DNA of 64,000 nt from an uncultured candidate division Zixibacteria bacterium (GTDB lineage: Bacteria > Zixibacteria > MSB-5A5 > UBA10806), in assembly GCA_963817915.1 (NCBI GenBank), contig CAWFQL010000012.1, positions 32,001 to 96,000 of the forward strand. Direction: 5' to 3'. A program made the translations under genes and the position numbers. Numbering within the stretch: position 1 is the first letter of the stretch; each line of letters opens with the position of its first letter. The notes beneath the pieces are model-generated. The model was not told the origin of the DNA and did no database searches. It saw only the letters and a program-made list of their open reading frames with translations. Positions 9,300 to 19,835 of the stretch are shown piece by piece.

Positions 9300-10424
9300 T
9301 CAGCAAAGATTAAAAATCGACAACTGTGTTTGATTCATCAGCCTGGTTTTTTCCTCTTTATTCCAAACCAATAAGGCCAGATTTTTCGGTTCAATCTTAT
9401 TCAAATCCAAGTCACCCAGGTGTCGCCATTCTCTTTCGTAGCTCCAATCTACATTTTTTTCGCCCTTATTCTGGAAGAACGGTTTTTCAGATTCGGGAAG
9501 ATCATTGTAATCGTCGGATGTCCCGTAGATTACCGGCTTGATTCCAAGTTGGGTGGCTGCGGTTTTTCGAATCGCAACTCCATAAGGCTCGAAATTGTAA
9601 TTGACTCTATTATGCCGCCATCTAATCTGCCTTGTCATCTCATCGGGTTTGACTTCACTGAATCCTACCACAGATATGCCATCGCGGATTTTTTCCGATG
9701 AGCCATAAATCATCTTATTCTTGATTATATTTAGAAGTGTTTCTAACCCATTCCCCGGATATTGCATTCCAGATTCCAAAAGCCTTTTATAGAAGGCAGA
9801 TGATTTTTCATTCGGCCACGGGCCATGACAGGTTTTGGTCCAATGAACTAGGTAATCCCACGATCCAAAGGCGTCAGGGTTATTGTTAAATTTATATTTC
9901 GGAGGCTGATAAATAGATCTCGAATATTCGATTTTCCATTTAGACTCGATTTTCGTGGATATGCCGCAATCATTCAGGAGGCCTTCTAATCTGCCTCTGG
10001 GCCTTATAGATATCGGCGTAATTAAATTTGCCAATTCGAATGCCGCTTTGTCTCTCTTGGCCCAATTGGATTTCGGCGATCTGGAATGTTCGTCCGGCTT
10101 TATAAAAACCATGGCGGTTTTGGCAGGATCGAGATTGAATTCGAGAATTGCTTGATTATATACATCCAGCCCATTTTTGTCATCGAAGATCGGGCTTATG
10201 ATAATCTGTTTGCCCTTGTTGGTCGCGGTTAGATAGACAGCCAATTCCCAGGTTATCATATCAAGGCTTGTGATAATAGTATGACCTTCATTGACCAATT
10301 CCGAAATGGCATGCGACGTCGCCTTAATCCAGGTATCATCGCCGCAGGGAGTCTTTGATTGGCTGCTATTGAGCACGACAGCCAAATTGCCGTCCAAGAG
10401 GCTCTTGTTGCCTTGAATTATCAT
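9300..10424 (-). CDS. Hypothetical two-domain protein: DprA/SLOG-like N-terminus and AbiGi/ART-fold-like C-terminus
   Basis: N-terminal Rossmannoid pattern (LAVVLNSSQ, IITSL, RDKA..ELANLITPI); C-terminal LVHWT, VGFSE, PYGVAI, KPVIY, EREWR. Confidence 0.5.
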   Translation of the reverse strand: MIIQGNKSLLDGNLAVVLNSSQSKTPCGDDTWIKATSHAISELVNEGHTIITSLDMITWELAVYLTATNKGKQIIISPIFDDKNGLDVYNQAILEFNLDPAKTAMVFIKPDEHSRSPKSNWAKRDKAAFELANLITPISIRPRGRLEGLLNDCGISTKIESKWKIEYSRSIYQPPKYKFNNNPDAFGSWDYLVHWTKTCHGPWPNEKSSAFYKRLLESGMQYPGNGLETLLNIIKNKMIYGSSEKIRDGISVVGFSEVKPDEMTRQIRWRHNRVNYNFEPYGVAIRKTAATQLGIKPVIYGTSDDYNDLPESEKPFFQNKGEKNVDWSYEREWRHLGDLDLNKIEPKNLALLVWNKEEKTRLMNQTQLSIFNLC

Positions 10425-10463
10425 CGATGAATCAAATATAGTAATTTAGGGTGGAGGAAGCAA

Positions 10464-11759
10464 TTAGCTTCTACCGAAACCGATATATCGGAAGCCCGCC
10501 TTGCGAGCCTGTTCAGGCAAATAGATATTGCGCGTATCCAGTAACGCGTCGCCCTTCATCGCCTTTTTCAGCCGGACTAAATCTAATTCGCGGAATTCAT
10601 TCCATTCGGTCATTAAAATCGCGATATCGGCATCATTGCATGCGGAATAAGGATTATCCGCGTATGCTATTTGAGGAAAGATTTTTTTGAAATTATCCGA
10701 GGCCAACGGGTCATATGCTGTAATATTAGCCTTTTGGGCGAGAAGCATCTTGGCAATATATTGTGACGGTGAATTACGAATATCATCTGTATTGCTTTTG
10801 AAGGCCAGCCCCAGCAGGCCGATCTTTTTTCCGTTAAGGGTTCCAAGCAATTTGCGGGCCTTTTCGACCACCAATTCGCGTTGACGGATATTGATCTTTT
10901 TTATTGCTTTGGGAATCTGCATATCCACGCCAGCCTTTTCGCCGATTGAATTCAAGGCCGCGATATCCTTGGGCAGACACGACCCACCGAATCCGGGCGA
11001 CGGGTGCAGGAATTTCGGGCCGATTCTGCCATCCATACCGACAGCCTTGGCGACGGTGACAACATCGGCGCCGAAATAATCGCAAAGCTGTGCCATCTCG
11101 TTGATGAATGATATTTTGGCGGCCAGAAAACAATTGGCAGCGTATTTGATTATTTCGGCCGTATTATTATCCGTAATTATCATCGGGGTTTCGATTAAAT
11201 ATAAGCCTCGATAAACTTCCTTCATAATCTCTTTTGCTTTGTCTGATGAAATCCCGATTACGATTCTATTGGGCAATAGAAAATCATTGACTGCCGAACC
11301 CTCTCGCAGGAATTCAGGATTCGATACTATATCGAAATCTGCATTAGTAACCGACCTGATTTTCTCGCTTATCAGCTTATGAGTCCCCACGGGCACTGTC
11401 GATTTTATCGCAATGACTTTATAATCATTGATATATCGTCCAATCTCGGAGGCGACATCAAGCATATCCGAAAGATCAGGATCGCCGTTATTCCCCTCTG
11501 GAGTGCCAACTGTCAAAAATACTACGAGGCTATTTTCGACAGCCTGCCCCAAATCGCTCGAAAATTTTAGTCTTCCCTTTTCGATATTTCGTTTCATCAG
11601 GTCGGAGAGGCCGATCTCATATATTGGATTGCCGCCGCCATTTAAAAGATTGATCCGATCCTGATCCTTATCGATACAGACCACGTCATTGCCGAAATCA
11701 GCAAGGCCGGCGCCCGCGACCAGTCCGACATACCCGGTCCCTATGACACAGATTTTCAC
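10464..11759 (-). CDS. ugd: UDP-glucose/GDP-mannose dehydrogenase family (UDP-glucose 6-dehydrogenase)
   Basis: IGTGYVGL, NPEFLREG, GFGGSCLPKD, LAFKSNTDDIR. Confidence 0.92.
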   Translation of the reverse strand: MKICVIGTGYVGLVAGAGLADFGNDVVCIDKDQDRINLLNGGGNPIYEIGLSDLMKRNIEKGRLKFSSDLGQAVENSLVVFLTVGTPEGNNGDPDLSDMLDVASEIGRYINDYKVIAIKSTVPVGTHKLISEKIRSVTNADFDIVSNPEFLREGSAVNDFLLPNRIVIGISSDKAKEIMKEVYRGLYLIETPMIITDNNTAEIIKYAANCFLAAKISFINEMAQLCDYFGADVVTVAKAVGMDGRIGPKFLHPSPGFGGSCLPKDIAALNSIGEKAGVDMQIPKAIKKINIRQRELVVEKARKLLGTLNGKKIGLLGLAFKSNTDDIRNSPSQYIAKMLLAQKANITAYDPLASDNFKKIFPQIAYADNPYSACNDADIAILMTEWNEFRELDLVRLKKAMKGDALLDTRNIYLPEQARKAGFRYIGFGRS

Positions 11760-12856
11760 GCTTTGATCTCCTCGATTTCGGGCTCATTTGGGGCTTTCTT
11801 CAAGCCTAATGATTTTATTCCCATAAGCGCCAATATAATCGCTCCGGCGGATATGGGAAGATAAAAGGTGAAGAAACGCCAGATTCCTGTGAGGAGCGGT
11901 ATTATCGAGAATGGCAATATGCTGTTATATACTATTCCAAATGCCGCCTCGGCGCCGCCGATTGCTCCCGGTGTCGGTATCAGAGTCATTGCCGTGAATA
12001 CCACCCATTGCATCAGGAAGAATAGAATCGGGTCTACTGGATAACCAAGGCCGAGCACGAGGGCGCTTATTGCCCCGTAACGGCAACACCAGCCAATGCC
12101 CGCCACTACTATGCAGAGAAAAAATGTTCCTTTGCCGTTGTAAGAGGCAAATTTAATCGCGGTTTTAAAATCGTCCTTATAACGGCTAATATAGCTCTTG
12201 AATCTGGACATAAGTGAAATCGATACAGTTTGCCGATCGATTCCATCGGTTTGCCGCTTCCAGCTTTTTAGTCTGCCTATCAATATAGTCGCTAAGGATA
12301 AAATCAGAATAATAGCCACCACCAATGGCCAATGAGAAATAAGACTTTTTATGGCAGTTGCGACATATGGGTTATTCCATGCGCCGCTAAATATTATCGC
12401 GACGGGAATCGCAATTGCGAAAAAGATACCGTCCTCAATGGTTCCGATTATTGTGACCAAAGTAGCTTCGCCCGGCGAAAATCCGTATTTGATTAACATG
12501 GCCAATTTGATATAGCTCCCGCCAATCGCGGTCGGGGTCAATGCGGCGCCTAAATCCGAACCGATCGCCGTTGATAGCGCCTGATTGGGTCTCAATTCTC
12601 TTTTGAAAATCCTATTCCATAGGAGCATTCGTCCCGAATGAGCGAACCAGGGTACGAATACCATTATAGCCGCCAACAACAGGTATCCGATATTAAATCC
12701 GCCCAAATCTTTGAAAAGCCCGGGTTTGCTCGCTACCAGGATATAGATAATATTTCCAGCGATCGCCAATGGGACAATTATAACCAATGGCTTGATGAAT
12801 CGTTGGACTAAATCACCGTTGGAGATATTGTTTTTCTGATTATGATTTTCATCCAT
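11756..12856 (-). CDS. Lysylphosphatidylglycerol synthase TM/UPF0104 flippase-like membrane protein
   Basis: Multiple TM helices; TPTAIGG, PTPGAIGGAE, WRFFTFY. Confidence 0.8.
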   Translation of the reverse strand: MDENHNQKNNISNGDLVQRFIKPLVIIVPLAIAGNIIYILVASKPGLFKDLGGFNIGYLLLAAIMVFVPWFAHSGRMLLWNRIFKRELRPNQALSTAIGSDLGAALTPTAIGGSYIKLAMLIKYGFSPGEATLVTIIGTIEDGIFFAIAIPVAIIFSGAWNNPYVATAIKSLISHWPLVVAIILILSLATILIGRLKSWKRQTDGIDRQTVSISLMSRFKSYISRYKDDFKTAIKFASYNGKGTFFLCIVVAGIGWCCRYGAISALVLGLGYPVDPILFFLMQWVVFTAMTLIPTPGAIGGAEAAFGIVYNSILPFSIIPLLTGIWRFFTFYLPISAGAIILALMGIKSLGLKKAPNEPEIEEIKA

Positions 12857-12880
12857 GGCTTGGTATCTAATTTATCTCAA

Positions 12881-14031
12881 TTATATTTTCAAAAGCTCCA
12901 AGAAGACTTTTTCATATTGGCTGGAGATTTTTTCGATTGCAAATTGCCTTTGAGTAAACTCCCTGGCATTTTTCCCCAGAGTCGCCAATGATTCGGGATT
13001 ATCCAGAAGCGATCTTATTTGATTAGCCATTCCGGAATAGTCTCCTTCCGGAACACAATAGCCATTCTTGGCCATCGATGACCGCGTCAGTTATGCCCTC
13101 GATTCCAGTGGCGATAACCGGGATACCTCGTATGGCCGCCTCCAACGCCACTATGCCGAACCCCTCCATATCGCCTTCAATAGTTCTATTGGGCATTATA
13201 AAAAGATCGCTGACGGCGAATAGATCATTGCGCAACTCTTCTGAAACTCCGTTGAGATAAAATACTCTCGGATGCTGGCTCAGCCTCACCAGATCATCAT
13301 GCGCTGTGTAGCCGCCCGATGCCATCATCAGTAGGTGCGTATTCTTTTTACCCATAATTGGCCGTAACGGGTTTATCCACGATGGCGGTTTGGGTTTTGG
13401 TCCCGCTACGATATAGACATAATCATCGGGCAGATTAATGAAAACATTGGAGATAAATTGGTCGAATCCTTTCCGCTTCAATGGTCTTCCGAGGCTGAGA
13501 AGTACTTTTTTGCCGCGGAGATTTAATCCAATGATCTTTTCAATTCTAATGTAGAGGTCATCATTTCTAATTGTGGTCGCCGAAATATTTTCAGCCGCAT
13601 TCGGGATTAACTTCAATTTTGTCTGAGTTGATTTCAAGTTTTTGGACTTCTCGCGCGGTAGCCATGGCTTACGCAGACTATCTTATCAATAGCATCTAAT
13701 GATTTCTTGAGTTGTTTTCTATACCATTGAATCGGCAGAATGACATCGAGGCCATGAACTGTCGCGACAACTTTCTTTCCAGTTTTAGTCTTTATTCTTG
13801 AACCGATCAGCGATGTCACGGCATCATCGCAATGAATTAATCTGGCGCTGTTAGGTATAGATTTTCTATAAAATTTAGAAAAATAAAGCGGCGCCGCCCA
13901 TTCCGGTCCGCGCCAGGTCACCTTCTCTATATCAAATTTGCCTGCTAATCCTTCGCATAATCTAGCGCTGTGCCGCTGTACTCCGCCAACGCTATCGGGA
14001 TTTTTTCGTATTAGAAAAAGCAATTTTTCAT
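12881..14031 (-). CDS. GT4 family glycosyltransferase, split by several single-base frameshifts
   Basis: Fragments carry SVGGVQ, ATVHGLD, LGRPLKRKG, EGFGIVALEA, KNGYCV; indels near 14025, 13662, 13608 and 13071. Confidence 0.78.
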
Positions 14032-14213
14032 TTTGCCAGCTATTTTCAATCGAAGTAATGCTTTGGATAGTTCCGGCCGACCGCCATTCGCCGTTGACTC
14101 GATCTGTATTTAGAATCATATAAGGCAAAATTATCCTTCGAACCTCGCAGGCCAGCTCAATCTATATTGAATGTCATCTTAAGAATTCGAATACAAAATA
14201 TCAACGGAATAAA

Positions 14214-15410
14214 TCAGTTGGATTTTTCTACATTGGATACGACTCTAACTGAAGATATGCCTTCCAGGCGGCTATTCACGATTTTAGCGTCTTGCTTCTG
14301 GCGGATTATCGATTCGTAATTTTTCAATAGTCCCTTATTGATATTCTCCCAACTCTTGGATAGGGCGAATTTCAGCGCATTGATCGCAAATTGCTCTCTG
14401 AGATTACTATATTTCAGAAGGAATTCCATTTTCATAGCGAAATCGACCGGATCATGTGGACGGGCCAGATAACCTGTTTCACCATTGACGATCAGATTTT
14501 TCACGCCGCCTTCAGATGCTCCTACAGACGGTATTCCCGATGCTCCGGCTTCGATAATTACGTTGCCGAATGTTTCCGTTGTTGACGGGAATACAAACAT
14601 ATCCGCCGATGCGTAAGCACAAGATAAATCAGTGCCGCTAAGAAATCCAGCGAGAACGCAGTCGGGCAATGCCTTTGCGATCTCATCGCGCATCGGGCCA
14701 TCGCCCACGAACACTAATTTAAAAGGTATATTTCTCTCTTTGAGAATCCAATAAGCCCGTATCAAAATATCGATATCTTTTTCGCGCACCAACCGTCCCA
14801 CAAAAAGCGCGATAGGTCTGCCGTCCGGCGACCAATATTTTCTCAGAGAATAATCTTTAAATCGAGGCGAGAAACGGCTGACATCAATGCCCCGTTCCCA
14901 GAGCGCCAAATTTTTGAAACCCCTGCCGTCTAATTCGGCGATAGTGGCATTGGATGGCACCAGGCTCATCGCGCCACGGTTGTAGAACCACTTCATATAT
15001 TGCCAGCCGCGATTTTCCATCCATCCAAATCCATAATATTTCAAATATGAGACATAGCTGGTATGATATGAATTAACAACTGGAACGCCGCATTCCGCAG
15101 CAAGCTTATAAGCGCTCATGCCGAGCAAGAACGGGCTGACTATATGAATAAGGTCTGGATGAAATTTCTCGACGAATGTTCTTAAATCATGGAACGCCGG
15201 CAGGCTAAGCCTGTAATAACGATATAATGGGAACGGGATAGACGTAATTTTGACTACATTGCCAGCCCATTTTTGCGGATCTGGCGCGAATGGTGAGAAA
15301 AAGATATGGTCAATGTTTTCGGATAATAATGACCGATGAAGATAGGACATCGTTCCGCTGACACCATCCATAACTGGAGGCAAGGATTCTGTAAAATAGG
15401 CTATTCTCAT
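14214..15410 (-). CDS. GT4 family glycosyltransferase (MgtA/SqdX/Agt-like glycolipid synthase type)
   Basis: MRIAYFTESLPP..DGV, YHTSY, FVGRLVREK, FVFPSTTETFGNVIIEA. Confidence 0.85.
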   Translation of the reverse strand: MRIAYFTESLPPVMDGVSGTMSYLHRSLLSENIDHIFFSPFAPDPQKWAGNVVKITSIPFPLYRYYRLSLPAFHDLRTFVEKFHPDLIHIVSPFLLGMSAYKLAAECGVPVVNSYHTSYVSYLKYYGFGWMENRGWQYMKWFYNRGAMSLVPSNATIAELDGRGFKNLALWERGIDVSRFSPRFKDYSLRKYWSPDGRPIALFVGRLVREKDIDILIRAYWILKERNIPFKLVFVGDGPMRDEIAKALPDCVLAGFLSGTDLSCAYASADMFVFPSTTETFGNVIIEAGASGIPSVGASEGGVKNLIVNGETGYLARPHDPVDFAMKMEFLLKYSNLREQFAINALKFALSKSWENINKGLLKNYESIIRQKQDAKIVNSRLEGISSVRVVSNVEKSN

Positions 15411-15415
15411 AGATA

Positions 15416-16507
15416 TTATTTGCGCTTCTTCATTTTCTCGATTCTCTGCAAGACGCCTTTAATTAGAAACGGCAACACAACCGTAGCGTCGTCCTTGATT
15501 TCCGCGTAAGCTCCGCCCTCGGATTCGGGGACAAATTTCGCCCAGGACACACCTTCCTTATACGAACATCCTGACAATCCACCCCAATGATCAGGTTCCG
15601 GGCAGATTCTGACACCACGAGAATATTTCTTGGGTACTACGGGTAGCTCTTCGAGATACATGATATCGAAGAATGGCGTGATCTGCTGTGCCCAGTTGCG
15701 CGGAACGCCTCCACCTACTGTAAATATGCTCAATGTGCCATCGTGATTATGCACGCGTTTGGCAAAATCGAAGACGTCGACAAAGGGATTGAATGGCGGC
15801 ACGAAGACTTCATCGAATGGCTTCTTCATGAAGCCTTCACTTGTCCTTAATTTTCGCAACAAGAGATCGAGGCTCATTTCGCAATCGGTAAATGCCGGCA
15901 TATATACCGGGATCCCTGCCTTATATGCGGATGCCAGGATGCTTCTTTGGTCGGGATGAATCTCCAATAAAATCTGCCCGAGGCGATTTAGATAATCGGC
16001 CGAGCCCGCCGGCGGAGTTTTGCCATCGAGAGCTGGGAATAAGCGATCGAAATATTTCGCCATGGTTCTTTGCAGATGTTCAAACGACGTTTCGAGTTCG
16101 ATCGTGTCATAAACCCGGCACATGCCTTCATTGTATAAATCGGCATCATCCTTTACAGGCGCTTTGAAATGGCTTCTTTTCAAGCCTTCGGTCAGGCCAT
16201 GCGTAATCAATGCCCCGGTGCTGACTACGGCATCGACTAATTTTTTATCAATCAGATCGCAGATAATCAAGCCCTGCTTGGCGACAGTCATGGCGCCACT
16301 CAGTGTAAGTACGGTCAGGTCCTTCGGGTCGGTGAACATTCCGGTCAGTATCTTAGCGGCTTCGCCCATTTGACGGCCATTGAACGATGTCTTTTCCATG
16401 GCGGTTAAGGCATCATCAAAATCATCTATTTTGGAAATGTCTATCGGCTCTAACGGTTCCAGCCCCTCGCCATCGGTGAATTTTCTCTTTTGCCTTTTCA
16501 TTTCCAT
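15416..16507 (-). CDS. Deoxyhypusine synthase-like protein (probable homospermidine synthase)
   Basis: LSGAMT, VSTGA, GGGVPRNWAQQ, WGGLSGC..KEGVSWAK, DATV. Confidence 0.85.
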   Translation of the reverse strand: MEMKRQKRKFTDGEGLEPLEPIDISKIDDFDDALTAMEKTSFNGRQMGEAAKILTGMFTDPKDLTVLTLSGAMTVAKQGLIICDLIDKKLVDAVVSTGALITHGLTEGLKRSHFKAPVKDDADLYNEGMCRVYDTIELETSFEHLQRTMAKYFDRLFPALDGKTPPAGSADYLNRLGQILLEIHPDQRSILASAYKAGIPVYMPAFTDCEMSLDLLLRKLRTSEGFMKKPFDEVFVPPFNPFVDVFDFAKRVHNHDGTLSIFTVGGGVPRNWAQQITPFFDIMYLEELPVVPKKYSRGVRICPEPDHWGGLSGCSYKEGVSWAKFVPESEGGAYAEIKDDATVVLPFLIKGVLQRIEKMKKRK

Positions 16508-16727
16508 AATTTCATCCAGATTTTTATCGTTAATTATTATTCAGAGGTCATCATAATAATAGAAACCCTGAATACATGATTCTAACCATCGGCATATTAA
16601 ATAAAAATGCATTTTTGAATCAAGCTAAATAATCAATTTCTTTTGCGAGAGATTCAAATAGATGAAAGATAAAATATAATTGACTAAAACGATTGACGAT
16701 TGGCTGCTTCTATTTTACTTTCACTGA

Positions 16728-18987
16728 ATGAAGAAATTTATGTTAAAATCAATTATCCTTGCAATTCTATTGGCTTATCCCGCTCAGAGCGGCTGATAAT
16801 TATTCTTGGCCGTTGAAAATCACGCCTGAATTAACCTCGAAATTCTGCGATTTCCGCAATGGTCATTTCCATGCGGGGCTCGATATCAGAACTCAGGGGA
16901 AGACCGGCCTTAGTATTTACGCAATCGATGATGGTTTTATCTATCGTGCCGGAGTCTCATTCAGGGGTTACGGGAAGGCTCTTTATCTGCAAACAAATGA
17001 CGGCCGAATTGCGGTCTACGCCCATCTTTCAGGGTTCGGTGAAAAGCTTGAAGACAGAATCCGTTCAACCCAGATGGAAAAACAAAAATACCGACAGGAT
17101 CTATTTTTTAAATCGAATGAATTCCCCGTAAAAAAGGGCCAAATGATCGGCTACACCGGCGATTCAGGCGGAAGCACACCTCATCTGCATTTTGAAATTC
17201 GGTCAGCCAATAACCGTCCCTTGAATCCGCTCGAATTCGGATTTACGTTACCGGACCGAACGCCTGCGTTTTTCGAGAAGCTGGCGATTCGTTCGTATGA
17301 TAGTAATTTTAATCCGGGCGACCCCTGCCATATTGAGTTTATTCCCGTTGATCGAGGTTTCTCGAAAGGGGAATATGCTATCAGGGATACCATAATCAGT
17401 GATGAAATAATGGCACTGGCAATCTCTGGCGGCGACAGGATTAACGGTTCAGGATTTATATATAGCTTTTTTAAACTTGAACTTTCTATAGATGACAGCC
17501 TGATATTTGTAATGGATTCCGATAGCATTTCCTATGAAACCACTAACCAGATCAGATATATTCGCGATCAAGAATTGGGCTTGATGATAAGTGGTACCGA
17601 AAAGTCAGATGTCGATAAGGATATATTTTATCGTCTCTATGTTCCGCCCGGCAATGATCAATTTTTCTGGAATGGATTGCCATCAGATGCCGGAGTTATC
17701 GCACCGGCATTTATCGGGGGAACGACCAGGACAGTCACGATAACCGCATATGATGAAATTGGGAATAAATCAAAACTGAGCTTCTATGTCAAAACCCCCG
17801 AATTGGCCAAAATCAGGCGTCAGGATGTTTCGTATCTCCGCAGGGGAGATATAATCGATATCAATTTCGCGACCGATGCGTCGATGGCTAATGTCGGAAT
17901 AGAATATAGGGATTCAATTGCCAAGAAGTATATTCCTATTTCAAATAAATCGATTTCCACTATGACCAAAAATGACGTTACTCGATATTATAGTGTCAGC
18001 ATGAATTCCAAAAGTCGCTATCGCGATTATCGCTTGCGATATTTCAATATCGCCGGTAAATCATCGCCATGGATTTATTTTTCTGAAAATCCCAACTCGA
18101 GCAAATTATGCCTGACCGGATCGCCGGATAAACTTAGAATTGAATATAGCGACAGCCATTCCGAGATTATACCAACCATATCCTATTTGTATAATGGTCA
18201 ACAGCAATCGTCAGAAATGTATTCGATTGGACCGAACAAGTATGCGATGGAATTGCTGAATTTAAAACTAAGCGGTCCAATAAATTTTACTATTAGAGAT
18301 AAAGATAAAGCGTTAATCGATACTCAGGTAAATCTTCTGCCGATCTATCGGGGCGAAAAAACTTTCGGATATTCGCCGGATTCGACATTGAAGATAATAT
18401 CAAACAGTTCCTCCGCATTTTACCCTGATTATATTTATCCTACAAATGGACAAACGGAAAAAATCTATGGCGTCAATTCCGTGGTTTACGATATCGAACC
18501 CTACCTGCTTGCCGTAAAGTCGCAATTAGCAATGGTATTCGATATCGACAAATTACGGCTTAGCGGCAGAAAAATCTCCGCCTATGGCCAATCTATAGGA
18601 ACCGATAGCTGGGGATTTATCGGCAGACTGGATAATGGCAACCCGCAGATCGGCGCAATTGGCTTAGGAAGGATTGCATTGCTTGAGGACAATGATGCTC
18701 CATCGATTTCTGATATTCGTCCCAATGGTTTTATTAAGTCAGGTAAGCCGATTCTTTCGTGTAAAATATCGGATAATCTTTCCGGCCTGGCGCTCGATGA
18801 TGGGATCGAGATGACAATCGATAATATCTGGGTCCCGGCCGATTATGATCTCAATACGAAAATATTCAGATACCAGGTTCGAAGTCCGTTAGGTCCCGGT
18901 AAGCACAAGCTTGTCATCAATGCGATCGATAATCAGGGGAATTCGGTCACGAAAAGCGCCATCTTTACCATTATGGGAAAATACTAA
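16728..18987 (+). CDS. Exported M23 family metallopeptidase; +1 frameshift in the signal peptide near 16772
   Basis: HFHAGLD, YAHL, PHLHFEIR; MKKFMLKSIILAILL from ATG 16728 joins LIPLRAADNYSWP if one G is removed. Confidence 0.85.
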
Positions 18988-19674
18988 TTGATACCCTTAA
19001 AAGATGATAATCCCACCCAGCGGATTCCATTTATAACTATCGCGATAATTGCTCTAAATATTCTTGTCTTCTTCTATACAGATATTTTGGGCTTTGGAGA
19101 TGATCGGTTTATACTGCATTTCGCTGCCATTCCCATAAATATCATCTCAATGGGAGATTTCACAGGCGTAAGCTCATTGACAGCATTTTCGACCATAATC
19201 ACCTCGCAATTTTTGCATGGCGGGTTTCTGCATCTGGCAGGCAACATGCTTTTTCTCTGGATTTTCGGCAATAATATCGAAGACAAGCTTGGACCGATAG
19301 TATTCTTGTTCTTTTATTTGATCTGCGGTGTGTTTGCATTTCTGGCGCAGATGGTTGGCGATATGTATTCGCAGATCCCAATGATCGGAGCGTCGGGGGC
19401 GATAGCCGGTGTCATGGGAGCGTACCTGATAGCGTTTCCGAAAGCGCGCGTTTTGACATTGATCTGGATCGTATTTTATATACGATTGATATGGCTACCG
19501 GCGTTTGTCATAATAGTTTATTGGGTATTCCTGCAGATTATCTATCAGATTGGAAGCGGCGGAGAGGGAGGCGGGGTCGCGTATCTGGCTCATATTGGCG
19601 GATTTATTTCAGGACTTTTTATTTTCCTTGTCTTCAAGGGCTTTTCTCAATCGAGACCAAAACAGAATTCATAA
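18988..19674 (+). CDS. Rhomboid family intramembrane serine protease
   Basis: FLHGGFLHLAGNM, GASGA, AHIGG. Confidence 0.92.
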   Translation: MIPLKDDNPTQRIPFITIAIIALNILVFFYTDILGFGDDRFILHFAAIPINIISMGDFTGVSSLTAFSTIITSQFLHGGFLHLAGNMLFLWIFGNNIEDKLGPIVFLFFYLICGVFAFLAQMVGDMYSQIPMIGASGAIAGVMGAYLIAFPKARVLTLIWIVFYIRLIWLPAFVIIVYWVFLQIIYQIGSGGEGGGVAYLAHIGGFISGLFIFLVFKGFSQSRPKQNS

Positions 19675-19835
19675 AATCCAAAATAGATATAAATCAACAT
19701 TTTCATTGACAATTGCTCTGTATATGACAATTATATATGCATGAATATTAGTTTTGGATTCATAATATATGTGCATCGCTTGGATAATAAATTCCCTAAG
19801 TCTGGCGTTTGAATAATCCGTTAATGATTGGAGAA

